Of a stretch of 64,000 nucleotides of DNA, positions 46,168-56,988 are shown in pieces (the first letter of the stretch is position 1; the number at the start of each line of letters is the position of its first letter). The notes beneath the pieces are model-generated. The model was not told the DNA's origin and made no database searches. It was given only the letters and a program-made list of their open reading frames with translations. Origin of the DNA: Ranitomeya imitator (Eukaryota); the NCBI RefSeq assembly GCF_032444005.1, contig NC_091285.1, positions 424,390,001 through 424,454,000 on the forward strand. Direction: 5' to 3'. A program made the translations under genes and the position numbers.

Positions 46168-48013
46168 AAAGCCGGCAATTCAATTACCGGCTTTTGCCTT
46201 CTCCTTCCTAAACCCGACATGATATGAGACATGGTTTACATACAGTAAACCATCTCATATCCCCTTTTTTTTGCATATTCCACACTACTAATGTTATTAG
46301 TGTGTATATGCAAAATTTGGCCGTTCTAGCTAGTAAAATAAGGGGTTAAATGGCGGAAAAAATTGGCGTGGGCTCCCGCACAATTTTCTCCGGCAGAGTA
46401 GTAAAGCCAGTGACTGAGGGCTGATATTAATAGCCTGGAGAGGGTCCATGGTTATTGCCCCCCCCCCCCCCCCCTGGCTAAAAACATCTGCCCCCAGCCA
46501 CCCCAGAAAAGGCACATCTGGAAGATGCGCCTATTCTGGCACTTGGCCACTCTCTTCCCATTCCCGTGTAGCGGTGGGATATGGGGTAATGAAGGGTTAA
46601 TGCCACCTTGCTATTGTAAGGTGACATTAAGCCTAATTAATATTGGAGAGGCGTCAATTATGACACCTATCCATTATTATTCCAAAACTAGTAAAGGGTT
46701 AAAAAATAAAACACACATATTATTAAAAATTAATTTATTGAAAAAATCACAAAGGTTGTTGTATTAATTTATTCTACTCTCAATCCACTCACTGAAGACC
46801 CTCGATCTGTAAATTAAAAAAAAAATAATAAACCAACAATATACATACCTTCCGAGGATCTGTAAGGTCCAACGATGTAAATCCATCTGAAGGGGTTAAA
46901 ATATTTTGCTGCCAGGAGCTCCGCTAATGCAGGCTGCTCATGTCTGCAAAACCCCGGCGAATGAAGGTAAAGTAGGTCAATGACCTATATTTAGCTTCAT
47001 TTGCGGTGAGGCGCCCTCTGCTGGCTGTTCCTAGATCGTGGGAACTTTCCTAGAAAGCTCCCTTGCTCGAGTTCATATGAGGACAACCAGCAGAGGGCGC
47101 CCTCTTATGATCTCGAGCAAGGGAGCTTTCTAGGAAAGTTCCCACGATCTAGGAACAGCCAGCAGAGGGCGCCTCACCGCAAATGAAGCTAAATATAGGT
47201 CATTGACCTATATTTAGCTTCATTCGCCGGGGTTTTGCAGACATGAGCAGCCTGCATTAGCGGAGCTCGTGTCTGCAAAATATTTTAACCCCTTCAGATG
47301 GATTTACATCGTTGGACCTTACAGATCCTCGGAAGGTATGGATATTGTTGGTTTATTATTTTTTTTTAAATTACAGATCGAGGGTCTTCAGTGAGTGGAT
47401 TGAGAGTAGAATAAATTAATACAACAACCTTTGTGATTTTTTCAATAAATTAATTTTTAATAATATGTGTGTTTTATTTTTTAACCCTTTACTAGTTTTG
47501 GATTAATAATGGATAGGTGTCATAATTGACGCCTCTCCATTATTAATTAGGCTTAATGTCACCTTACAATAGCAAGGTGGCATTAACCCTTCATTACCCC
47601 ATATCCCACCGCTACACGGGAATGGGAAGAGAGTGGCCAAGTGCCAGAATAGGCGCATCTTCCAGATGTGCCTTTTCTGGGGTGGCTGGGGGCAGATGTT
47701 TTTAGCCGGGGGGGGGGGGGGGGCAATAACCATGGACCCTCTCCAGGCTATTAATATCAGCCCTCAGTCACTGGCTTTACTACTCTGCCGGAGAAAATTG
47801 TGCGGGAGCCCACGCCAATTTTTTCCGCCATTTAACCCCTTATTTTACTAGCTAGAACGGCCAAATTTTGCATATACACACTAATAACATTAGTAGTGTG
47901 GAATATGCAAAAAAAAGGGGATATGAGATGGTTTACTGTATGTAAACCATGTCTCATATCATGTCGGGTTTAGGAAGGAGAAGGCAAAAGCCGGTAATTG
48001 AATTGCCGGCTTT
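46168..48013. repeat. Near-perfect inverted repeat, arms about 915 bp, spacer about 18 nt
   Basis: 46168-47082 is the reverse complement of 47101-48013, with only scattered mismatches and homopolymer length differences. Confidence 0.95.
47011..47172. promoter_or_regulatory. Three CTCF core-motif matches (CCAGCAGAGGGCGC) at the palindrome centre
   Basis: 47011-47024 (-), 47087-47100 (+) and 47159-47172 (+), each an exact match to CCASYAGRKGGCRS. Binding untested. Confidence 0.5.
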
Positions 48014-48066
48014 CTGCTATATCGCGCTGGATGAAATATTAATATATATACATATATGCGTCTACT

Positions 48067-48115
<49 letters not shown>

Positions 48116-48381
48116 TATATATATACAGTGTATATATAGACAGTATATATGTTTTGTTTTTTTTTTAACACATGGATCCCTTGTATAGCCGTATGTCGGT
48201 TTTGCAAGCCTGCGATAAAAACACGCAGTACGGATTACATACGGAGGATGCCATGCGCAAAAAACGCTGAAACACCCTGCCTACGGAGGAGCTACGGACC
48301 ACTATTTTCGGGACTTTTCAGCGTATTACGGCCATAATATACGGACCGTATTTTCATACGCTGAGTGTGACGCCGGCCTAA

Positions 48382-49299
48382 GGCTACTTTCACACTTGCA
48401 TCGGTACGGGGCCGTCGCAAACCTTCGGCCAGACGTACCGACGGACGTTATGCTAAATTTAGCACAACGTGGGCAGCGGATGCAGTTTTACAACGCATCC
48501 GCTGTCCATTGTGATGAGCGTGGAGGAGGGGGCGGAGTTCCAGCCACGCATGCGCGGTCGGAAATGGCAGACACGTCGCACAAAAAAAGTTACATTGAAC
48601 TTTTTTTTGTGCGTTGCGTCTGCCAAAACACGACGGATCTGTTGCTAATACAAGTCTATGGGTACAAAATGCATCCTGTGAGCACATTTGCAGGATCCTT
48701 TTTTTTTCTGCCGGATTTTTTTTTTCCCGCCATATCCGTTTTTTACCACCTGATCGTTTTTTTCCGCCAGATCCGTTTTTTTCTCATAGAGTTGTATTAG
48801 CGCCGGAGTGCGTCTGATGGCCACACGTTTCATCCGTTTTTTGCTAGATCAGTCGCTGTGCATTTTTTCGACGTACCGAAAAACCGTTCCTCTGTATGTG
48901 TTTTCCGTCCAGTGGAAACAGCTTTTTTGACGGATCCTGCAAAAACGGATTAAACGTGTGGCCACCAGGCGCAATCCGGCGCTAATACAACTCTGAGAAA
49001 AAACAGATCTGGCGGAAAGAAAAACATCCGGTGGAATAAAATGGATCCAGCGGAAAAAAAACGGATTCGGTTGAAAAAAACGGATCTGGCGGAAAAAACG
49101 ATCCGGTGCAAATAAACGGATCCTGCAAATGTGCTCGCAGGATGCGTTTTACCCATAGTCTTGTATTATCTTTATTTATTTATCTTTATTTTTTTTTTAT
49201 ATAGCGCTAACATATTCCGCAGCGCTTTACACACATTATCATTGCTGTCCCCATTGGGGCTCACAATCTAAATTCCCTGTCAGTATGTCTTTGGAATGT

Positions 49300-49330
<31 letters not shown>

Positions 49331-49759
49331 ACGCAAACACGGAGAGAACATACAAACTCTTTGCAGATGTTGTCCTTATTGGGGCTTGAACCCAGGACTC
49401 CAGCGCTGCAAGGCTGCTGTGCTAACCACTGCGCCACCGTGCTGCCCTGTATTAGCGACGGATCGTGACGGATGGCCAGACATCGCCTCCGTCGTGCTAC
49501 GGATCCGTCGTGTTTTGGCGGACCGTCGGCACGAAAAAATGTTCAATTGAAAATTTTTTCGGCCGTCTCGCCCGCCATTTTCTACCGCGCATGTGCGGCA
49601 GAAACTCCGCCCCCTCCTCCCCGCACTTCAGAATGGGCAGCGGATGCGTTGAAAAGCTGCATCCGCTGCCCACGTCGTGCACAAATTTCACAACGTGCGT
49701 CCGTACGTCGGCCCGACGCATAGCGATGGACCCGTACTGACGCAAGAGTGAAAGAGGCC
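48382..49759. mobile_element. Harbinger-like MITE inserted at the right TSD of the previous element
   Basis: GGCTACTTTCACACTTGC / GCAAGAGTGAAAGAGGCC termini, TWA flanks, internal inverted arms. Confidence 0.8.
49169..49447 (-). mobile_element. tRNA-derived SINE (V-SINE-like)
   Basis: Pol III A box TGGCGCAGTGG (49436-49426), B box GGTTCAAGC (about 49392-49384), V-domain-like GTTTCCTCCGGGCACTCCGGTTTCCTCCCAC, A-rich tail, 7-bp TSD TGTATTA. Confidence 0.9.
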
Positions 49760-49763
49760 TTAA

Positions 49764-50830
49764 TGAGCGTTGAATTTAAAAAGAAAAAAAAACGGCGTGG
49801 GCTCCCGCGCAATTTTCTGCGCCAGAGGGGGAAAGCCAACGGCCGGGGCCAATATCTGTAGCCTGCTATGAATACCAGCCCGCAGCTGTCTGTGTAGCCT
49901 TTACTGGATATTAAAAGAAGGGGACCCCCCCCCCCCAAAAAAAAAATGACGTGGGGTCCCCCTATATTTTATAGCCAGAAAGGCTACGCGGACAGCTGCA
50001 GGTTGATATTCATAGCTTAGAGAGGGGCCATGGATATTGCCAAGCCCCCCCCCCCGGCTACAAATACCAGTCCGCAGCCGCCCCAGAAATGGCGCATCTG
50101 TAAGATGCGCCAATTCCGGCACTTAGCCCCTCTCTTCCCACTCCCGAGTAGCGGTGGGATATGGGGTAATAAGGGGTTAATGTCACCTTGCTATTGTAAG
50201 GTGACATTAAGCCGGGTTAATAACGGAGAGGCGTCAATAGGACGCCTATCCATTATTAATCCAATAGTAAGAAAGGGTTAATAAAACACACACACATTTT
50301 GAAAAAAGTATTTTAATATTCTTCATTTAACCATACTTACCATACTTCAGCGCCTGCAAAAAAAAGTAAAATAATAAACCGTATACTACCTATCCGCCGT
50401 GGTCCAATTAATAACGAGTGTCCCACGACGATCTCCCCTATAGAACAGTGACATCGGGTGATGTCACTGCTCTATAGGACCCTCAGTGACACACTGACAG
50501 GAGACAATGGCTCCTGCAGTGCATCACCGAGGTTACTCTAGTTCACTGGTCTCACTTTATGGCAATTGCTGCGTGGGAAAATGTCTCACCCAGCAATGCC
50601 AATAGCGAGACTAGGGACTATTTTCTCACAGGGGCGTAGGAATACCTTGTGAGGAATACATGATGGAAGGATACCTTCCAATCATTGTGTTCCTGGAGCC
50701 CCTGGAGAGTGGTCGCATCAACTGATGCTCCTGCTCTCCACGGGAGATCGTCGTGGGACACTTGTTTTAATTGGATTTCTGCGGACAGGGAGTATATTGT
50801 TTATTATTTTAATATTTTTTACAGGTGACA
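49764..50830. mobile_element. Partial relative of the 45880-48378 element (left arm and its own central hairpin)
   Basis: GGCGTGGGCTCCCGC...GGGATATGGGGTAAT...GTGACATTAAGCC is colinear with about 46365-46720; inverted segment at about 50340-50830. Confidence 0.65.
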
Positions 50831-50919
50831 ATGGCTTCGGGGAACAAAGTGACAAGTGATGGTGAGTATGTACTCTGTTATATGTACTGTATGTCTGTAG
50901 TATGTATGTATGTACTGTA

Positions 50920-52625
50920 TGTCGCAGGTCGTTGCATGGTGCATGTCACATGGTGCATGTTGTCGCATGGTGCATGTCGTCGCATGGTGCATGTCGCATG
51001 TTGTCGCATTGTGCATTTCGCATGGTGAATGGTGCATGTCGCATGCCGTCACATGGTGCATGCAGCATGTCGCATGGTGCATGTCACATGGTGCATGTTG
51101 TCGCATGGTGCATGTTGTCGCATGGTGCATGTCAGCGCATGGTGCATGTCGGTGCATGTCGCATGTCGTCGCATGGTGCATGTCACATGCCGTCACATGG
51201 TGCATGCAGCATGTCGCATGGTGCATGTCGTCGCATGTAGCATGTCGCATGTCGTCGCATGGTGAATGTCGCATGTCATCGCATGGTGCATGTAGCATGT
51301 CGTCGCATGGTGCATTTCGTATGGTGAATGTCGCATGTCGTCGTATGGTGCATGCCGTCACATGGTGCATGTTGCATGTCGTCACATGGTGTATGTCGCC
51401 GCATGGTGCATGTCGTCGCATGTCATCGTATGTTGGAAACTTGGGCTGAAAGGTGGCAGATGAGGTTTAACAATGATAAATGTAAGGTTATACACATGGG
51501 AAGAAGGAATCAATATCACCATTACACACCGAACGGGAAACCACTGGGTAAATCTGACAGGGAGAAGGACTTGGGGATCCTAGTTAATGATAAACTTACC
51601 TGGAGCAGCCAGTGCCAGGCAGCAGCTGCCAAGGCAAACAGGATCATGGGGTGCATTAAAAGAGGTCTGGATACACATGATGAGAGCATTATACTGCCTC
51701 AGTACAAATCCCTAGTTAGACCGCACATGGAGTACTGTGTCCAGTTTTGGGCACCGGTGCTCAGGAAGGATATAATGGAACTAGAGAGAGTACAAAGGAG
51801 GGCAACAAAATTAATAAAGGGGATGGGAGAACTACAATACCCAGATAGATTAGCGAAATTAGGATTATTTAGTCTAGAAAAAAGACGACTGAGGGGCGAT
51901 CTAATAACCATGTATAAGTATATAAGGGGACAATACAAATATCTCGCTGAGGAAGGTGACGGGCACAAGGGGGCATTCTTTGCGTCTGGAGGAGAGAAGG
52001 TTTTCCACCAACATAGAAGAGGATTCTTTACTGTTAGGGCAGTGAGAATCTGGAATTGCTTGCCTGAGGAGGTGGTGATGGCGAACTCAGTCGAGGGGTT
52101 CAAGAGAGGCCTGGATGTCTTCCTGGAGCAGAACAATATTGTATCATACAATTGGGTTCTGTAGAAGGACGTAGATCTGGGGATTTATTATGATGGAATA
52201 TAGGCTGAACTGGATGGACAAATGTCTTTTTTCGGCCTTACTAACTATGTTACTATGTATGTCGTCGCATGGTGCATGTCGTCGCATGGTGCATGTCGTC
52301 GCATGGTGCATGTCGTCGCATGGTGAATGTCGCATGTCATCGCATGGTGCATGTAGCATGTCGTCGCATGGTGCATTTCGCATGGTGAATGTCGCATGTC
52401 GTCGCATGGTGCATGCCGTCACATGGTGTATGTCGCCGCATGGTGCATGTCGCCGCATGTAGCATGTTGCCGCATGGTGCATGTCGTCGCATGGTGCATG
52501 TCGTCGCATGGTGCATGTCGTCGCATGGTGCATGTCGTCGCATGGTGCCACATGTAGCATGTCGCCGTATGGTGTCGCATGGTGCATGTCATCGCATGTA
52601 GCATGTCGCATGGTCCATGTGTTGC
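50920..52625. repeat. GTCGCATGGTGCAT-type short-unit minisatellite, split by a CR1 fragment
   Basis: Directly visible at 50920-51431 and 52259-52625. Confidence 0.95.
51432..52258 (+). mobile_element. 5'-truncated CR1 (RT C-terminus + 3'UTR + ACTATGT tail)
   Basis: WAERWQMRFN.DKCKVIH.G, EKDLGI, YKSLVRPHMEYCVQFW, LRGDLI.MYK; tail CTAACTATGTTACTATGT. Confidence 0.93.
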
Positions 52626-52843
52626 ATGATGTCACATGGTGTGTGTTGTATGTATGTACTGTGTAAGTGTTCTTTTTTTTTTACATTCAACACATTAGCC
52701 GGATGATGGGACTACTACTGTCCCATCATTGGCTAATGTGTCACTCACTGTCAGTGTATCAGGCAGAGCCCGATGGGACTTGTAGTCCCATCGGACGATG
52801 CTTGCACACACACACAGCGCCGCCACACACACACACTGCCAGA

Positions 52844-53062
52844 CACCGGCCGCCAGAGCCCCGGCGACCGCTCACCGACCGCAGCACAAACACCGGCCGC
52901 CAGAGCCCCGGCGACCGCTCACCGACCGCAGCACAAACACCGGCCGCCAGAGCCCCGGCGACCGCTCACCGACCGCAGCACAAACACCGGCCGCCAGAGC
53001 CCCGGCGACCGCTCACCGACCGCAGCACAAACACCGGCCGCCAGAGCCCCGGCGACCGCTCA
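52844..53062. repeat. Perfect 47-bp CpG-rich tandem repeat, about 4.7 copies
   Basis: Unit starts at 52844, 52891, 52938, 52985 and 53032. Confidence 0.95.
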
Positions 53063-53430
53063 CTGCAGCACAGCCCCGCCCGCAGATCCCAGCAGCAGTG
53101 AACACACAGCCCCGCCCGCCCCCAGCACAGCCCTGCAGGCAGCCCCCAGCACCGCCCACAGCCCAGTCACTCTTGCTGAGTGACTGCTGACTGTGGGGGC
53201 TGGTCACGCTTGCTGCTGACGTCACATCAATTTTCAGAGCCTGGAAATTGACGTGACGTCGGCGGAAATGAGCGGCGGCTGCAGCCTGGGGGTCATGTGA
53301 CCCGCACTCAGCAGCCAGAATAGCGCCGCTCACAGGAGAAAACTGCAACGGAAGGTAATTGCACAAATCATTAGGGGCCCCGGGGGAATACATTGGGGGG
53401 TTAATTGAAAGTAGTGGACAACCCCTTTAA

Positions 53431-55178
53431 GTCGCAGCTTCATCTATTTGCTTTACGAGGATATTCTCCATTGCTTCCATTATTTTTGGAGATTTATAAC
53501 AAACCCCTATCAGTAATTTATTATTTTTCCCCCTCCCCATATCTCCGCCCACAGGGACTCTACATTTTCATTAGATTCACCTATATTATCATGCTGGATG
53601 GGTTTTAAGGACGATTTTACATATAGACACACCCGTCCCCCTCGCCTATCTATTCGGTCATTTCTGAACAGACTATAACCCTGCAAGTTAACAGCCCAGT
53701 CATGGCTCTCATCCAGCCACTTTTCAGATATCCCCACCATGTCATAATTATGCTCCAACAACATTAATTCTAATTCGTCCATTTTGTTGGCAAGGCTTCT
53801 GGCATTAGTATACAATGCACTTGATGTTCCTCTCTGTACCTCTTTTCTTTCTTAAATTAACTGTTCTAACCCCTCCCCCCCATGCTACCGCCACCCCAAT
53901 CTTCCTTATTTGTGCCCAGGTCTCTATCTGCACTATCTTCCCTTCCTATAAAATGAATACCCTCCCCCCAATCCCTAGTTTAAACACTCCTCCAACCTTC
54001 TAGCCATTTTCTCCCCCAACACAGCTGCACCCTCCCCATTGAGGTGCAGCCCGTCCCTAGCGTAGAGCCTGTAGCCAACTGAGAAGTCGGCCCAGTTCTG
54101 CAGGAACCCAAACCTCTCCTTCCTACACCAATTCTTGAGCCATTTATTAACCTCCCTAATCTCCCGATGCCTTTCTGGCGTGGCACGTGGTACAGGCAGT
54201 ATTTCGGAAAATACTACGTTGGAGGTCCTCGCTTTCAGCTTGCAGCCTAATTCCCTGAAATCATCTTTAAGGACCTTCCACCTACCCCTAACTTTGTCAT
54301 TTGTGCCAATGTGCACCATGACCGCTGGGTCCTCACCAGCCCCTCCCAGTAATCTGTCCACCCGATCAGCGATGTGTCGGGCTCGAGCGCCAGGTAGGCA
54401 GCACACCGTTCGATCCCTGTCTTTGTGACAGATTGCCCTATCTGTTCCCCTAATAATTGAGTCCCCCACTACCAGCACCTGTCTGGCCTGCCCTGCTCTC
54501 CTATTTCCCTCCTTACTAGAGCAGTCACTCCTCCGGCTTTCAGAGGACATGCCTTGCTGCAGCAGTGCTACCCCTGTACTGGCACCCCCCTCATCTGCCA
54601 ACTTAGCAAACTTATTGGGGTGTGCCAGATCAGGACTAGCCTTCCTGGCACTCTTCCCTCTACCCGGCCTTCTGTTATCCAGCTTGCTACTTCACTGTCC
54701 TGCAGCTCCATCCTACCATCCCCTGCCTCATCTATTCCATTGAGAGTCTGCTCAGTGAGCAGAAGACTCCTTTCCATGTTGTCAATGGATCTCAGTGTTG
54801 CCAGCTGCACATTTAGATCCAGAATCTGGGCTTCCCAATGCACAACATGCTCACATCTCGCACAGCAGTATGCACCCTCGACCGGCTGATCAAGGACTGC
54901 AGACATGTGGCAAGATGTGCACTGGATGGCATTAACAATAGTGGAGCACATTTCCTAATGGGGTTTGCACCAGACAGAACCATTAAATAAAACAAATAAT
55001 GCAAAGTATCAATAAAATACAGACAGCAATTCAGTAATTCCTCCCTTGGAAACTCCCTGAATCCAAAGTCACTGAATCACAAGTCGCACATACTGCCTTT
55101 CACACTCCGCTCAGCTTTTTTTTTTTTCTTTTTCCCCTCAGCTGCAATCCACCTTGCTGTTCAATGCACTTCCAAAAA
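53431..55178 (-). mobile_element. CR1-clade LINE, 5' part (5'UTR, ORF1, ORF2 N-terminus); the same element as 36171-38743
   Basis: The ORF2 start YTNARSL...VGISE.W...GGRVCLYVK...IGVCYKSP...IDEAAT continues into GEVIIMGDFN at 38743. Confidence 0.93.
53975..54951 (-). pseudogene. CR1 ORF1: Cys-rich finger + coiled coil + SGNH esterase (frameshifted)
   Basis: CTSC...CARC, then VLVVGDSIIRG, VHIGTND, DGLHLN (GDSL/SGNH blocks, known from CR1 ORF1s). Confidence 0.9.
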
Positions 55179-55208
55179 GCTCTTGAGGACTGGAGTTGGG
55201 AAACACTG

Positions 55209-55412
55209 TGCTAGAGGATCGGGAGCTCTGGATATTAACAGGGGCACCTTGTGATTGTGTCTGGATGATCCATTGAAGATGGTCGGATGCAGGGACAACC
55301 CTCCCTCCCCCCCCCCCTTCCCCGACACAACCCCTGTGGTTAGCCATTTTTGACTTGGAAAGTCTGTGACCCATTGTTGTCCACTCCCAGGATGTGAATT
55401 GGTACATTAAGG
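55209..55412 (-). mobile_element. DIRS element 4 relic, upstream continuation (RNase H end / MT start)
   Basis: The minus strand gives PIHI(P)GVDN..DF, SLHPTIF, HKVP..SRAPDPLA, which joins DTLAIPW at 36016. Confidence 0.75.
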
Positions 55413-55609
55413 GAAATGAGAAGCAAATACACATGTGGAAACACTGTGCAAGAAACTAAAAAGGGGCACATAAGATGGGAGCAATGGTGTTATATACCTG
55501 TACATGTAACATACAGTGCTACTACTAGATAGAATATGAATAATCCTGCATAGGAAAGCTGGAGGAGGTAATAACTGTTAAGGCTATGTAACAAACGATG
55601 CGTGTAGGG

Positions 55610-55795
55610 CAGTGTTCCCCAACTCCGGTCCTCAAGAGCCACCAACCGGTCATGTTTTCAGGATTTCCTTAGTAGTGCACAGGTGATAATTGCATCACCT
55701 GCACAGGCAAGCATTCACTTACCTGTGTAATACTAAGGAAATCCTCAAAACATGACCTGTTGGTGGCTCTTGAGGACCGGAGTTGGGGACCACTG
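55610..55795. mobile_element. Intact 186-bp hAT MITE
   Basis: CAGTGTTCCCC / GGGGACCACTG termini with 8-bp TSD GTGTAGGG (55602-55609, 55796-55803). Confidence 0.95.
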
Positions 55796-56988
55796 GTGTA
55801 GGGCTATGTCACAGTTGCCAAACAATACATATAGTTGTATTATAGTATAACCTTGACCATCAGTTTGTGCAGTGGCTCCGAATACTTGCGCGTCCACCTG
55901 ACAGGTGTTTCTCCTTCGCCTCATTGGGGGATACAGGACTGTGGGTGTATGCTTCTGCCGCCAGGAGGCTGACACTAAGAAAACAAAAAAAGTTTAGTTC
56001 CTCCGTCGTATACACCCTGACCCTGGCTACCAGAGAATCCAATCATGCTTAGTGTCTGAAGGAGGCACACGTCTGGGTCCGGATCCCATGGACCCTTGTT
56101 TCAACTTCGTATGGATTGAGAGGGGCGACGGACCCTTTTGAGGGTCCGATCTCCCCAAACCAGCAACGGGCAAGCATGTGCGAGTTTTCCTCCATGTATC
56201 CTTTCCCGCAACGTGGGATTGCATGCCGGACTTAGCCCTGACCACCCTAAAGTACTCTTAGACCATAGGCTGTACAGGAGCCCACAGATGTCCGAGCATC
56301 CCCCCTGATTCCTACACCTATGTTTTACTGCGGTGATATAGGGGTAGTAGACGATCCCTCTCCTAATCCTTGGCGGAATATGGAGCCAGGGTTCTTGCAC
56401 CGTCAGGCTTTCCCCCGCTATATTTTGTAATGCTACACGCTGCTCCTCTCCTTCAGAGGAGTATAGCTTGCAAATGGAGGGGGCAGAAGAAGGGGGGCTC
56501 CTGATTAATGAGTTTTACCTTAGGGTCTTCACACTGCGCTGTGCCAGCTGTCGCCGGCAGCGGCGTCTCATTCCCCATGGGCCACTGAGCTCCGGTCGGC
56601 GTTTTGAGTTTCCCGGCACCGGTCGGCGCCACTGTCATTCAGAGGCCCAGGACCTGACCTTGCGTCCCGAGTGCATTTCCAGGTCAGTCAGGCCTGCTTC
56701 CGTTCAGGGCAGGCTGCGCTGTTAAGCCCCACCCCTGACGCATCTACTTCCGGGTCACCACTCTTCGCGCTGAGGCAAATCTAGGTCCCGGCTTCAGCCT
56801 GCTGCAGGCCGCATGGCGCTACAATCACGGCGGTTCCGCCCCTTGGGGGTAGCTGAGATAAAAACAGGCACTTTTTCTTCTTCATTTGGTGTCGGGGACA
56901 CAGGACTGGGGTAAGTGCTTCTACCTTCCAGCCTTACAGCTTTGTTTTTTTTCCCAGTATAAGGCCTGGGTTGAGCATAACAGTCGCT

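Larger units (their letters stand above)
45880..48378. mobile_element. Harbinger-like non-autonomous element containing a giant internal palindrome
   Basis: GGCCGGCGTCACAC / GTGTGACGCCGGCC perfect TIRs with TAA TSD (45877-45879, 48379-48381). Confidence 0.92.
42872..53426. mobile_element. Kolobok/T2-type non-autonomous element swollen to about 10.5 kb by nested insertions
   Basis: 13-bp inverted termini GTTGTCCACTACT (42876-42888) / AGTAGTGGACAAC (53410-53422), right end CCCCT-TTAA. CR1 resumes directly after 53430. Confidence 0.7.

Noticed and set aside
49380-49447. tRNA gene
   Set aside because: It has A and B boxes but no complete cloverleaf, and continues into a SINE body with a tail and TSD.
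50819-52666. Cys/His/Met-rich ORFs resembling metal-binding proteins
   Set aside because: They come from the GTCGCATGGTGCAT tandem array; only the CR1 part is coding-derived.
52844-53062. Regularly spaced repeats as a possible CRISPR array
   Set aside because: The units are head-to-tail with no unique spacers, there are no cas genes, and the context is eukaryotic.
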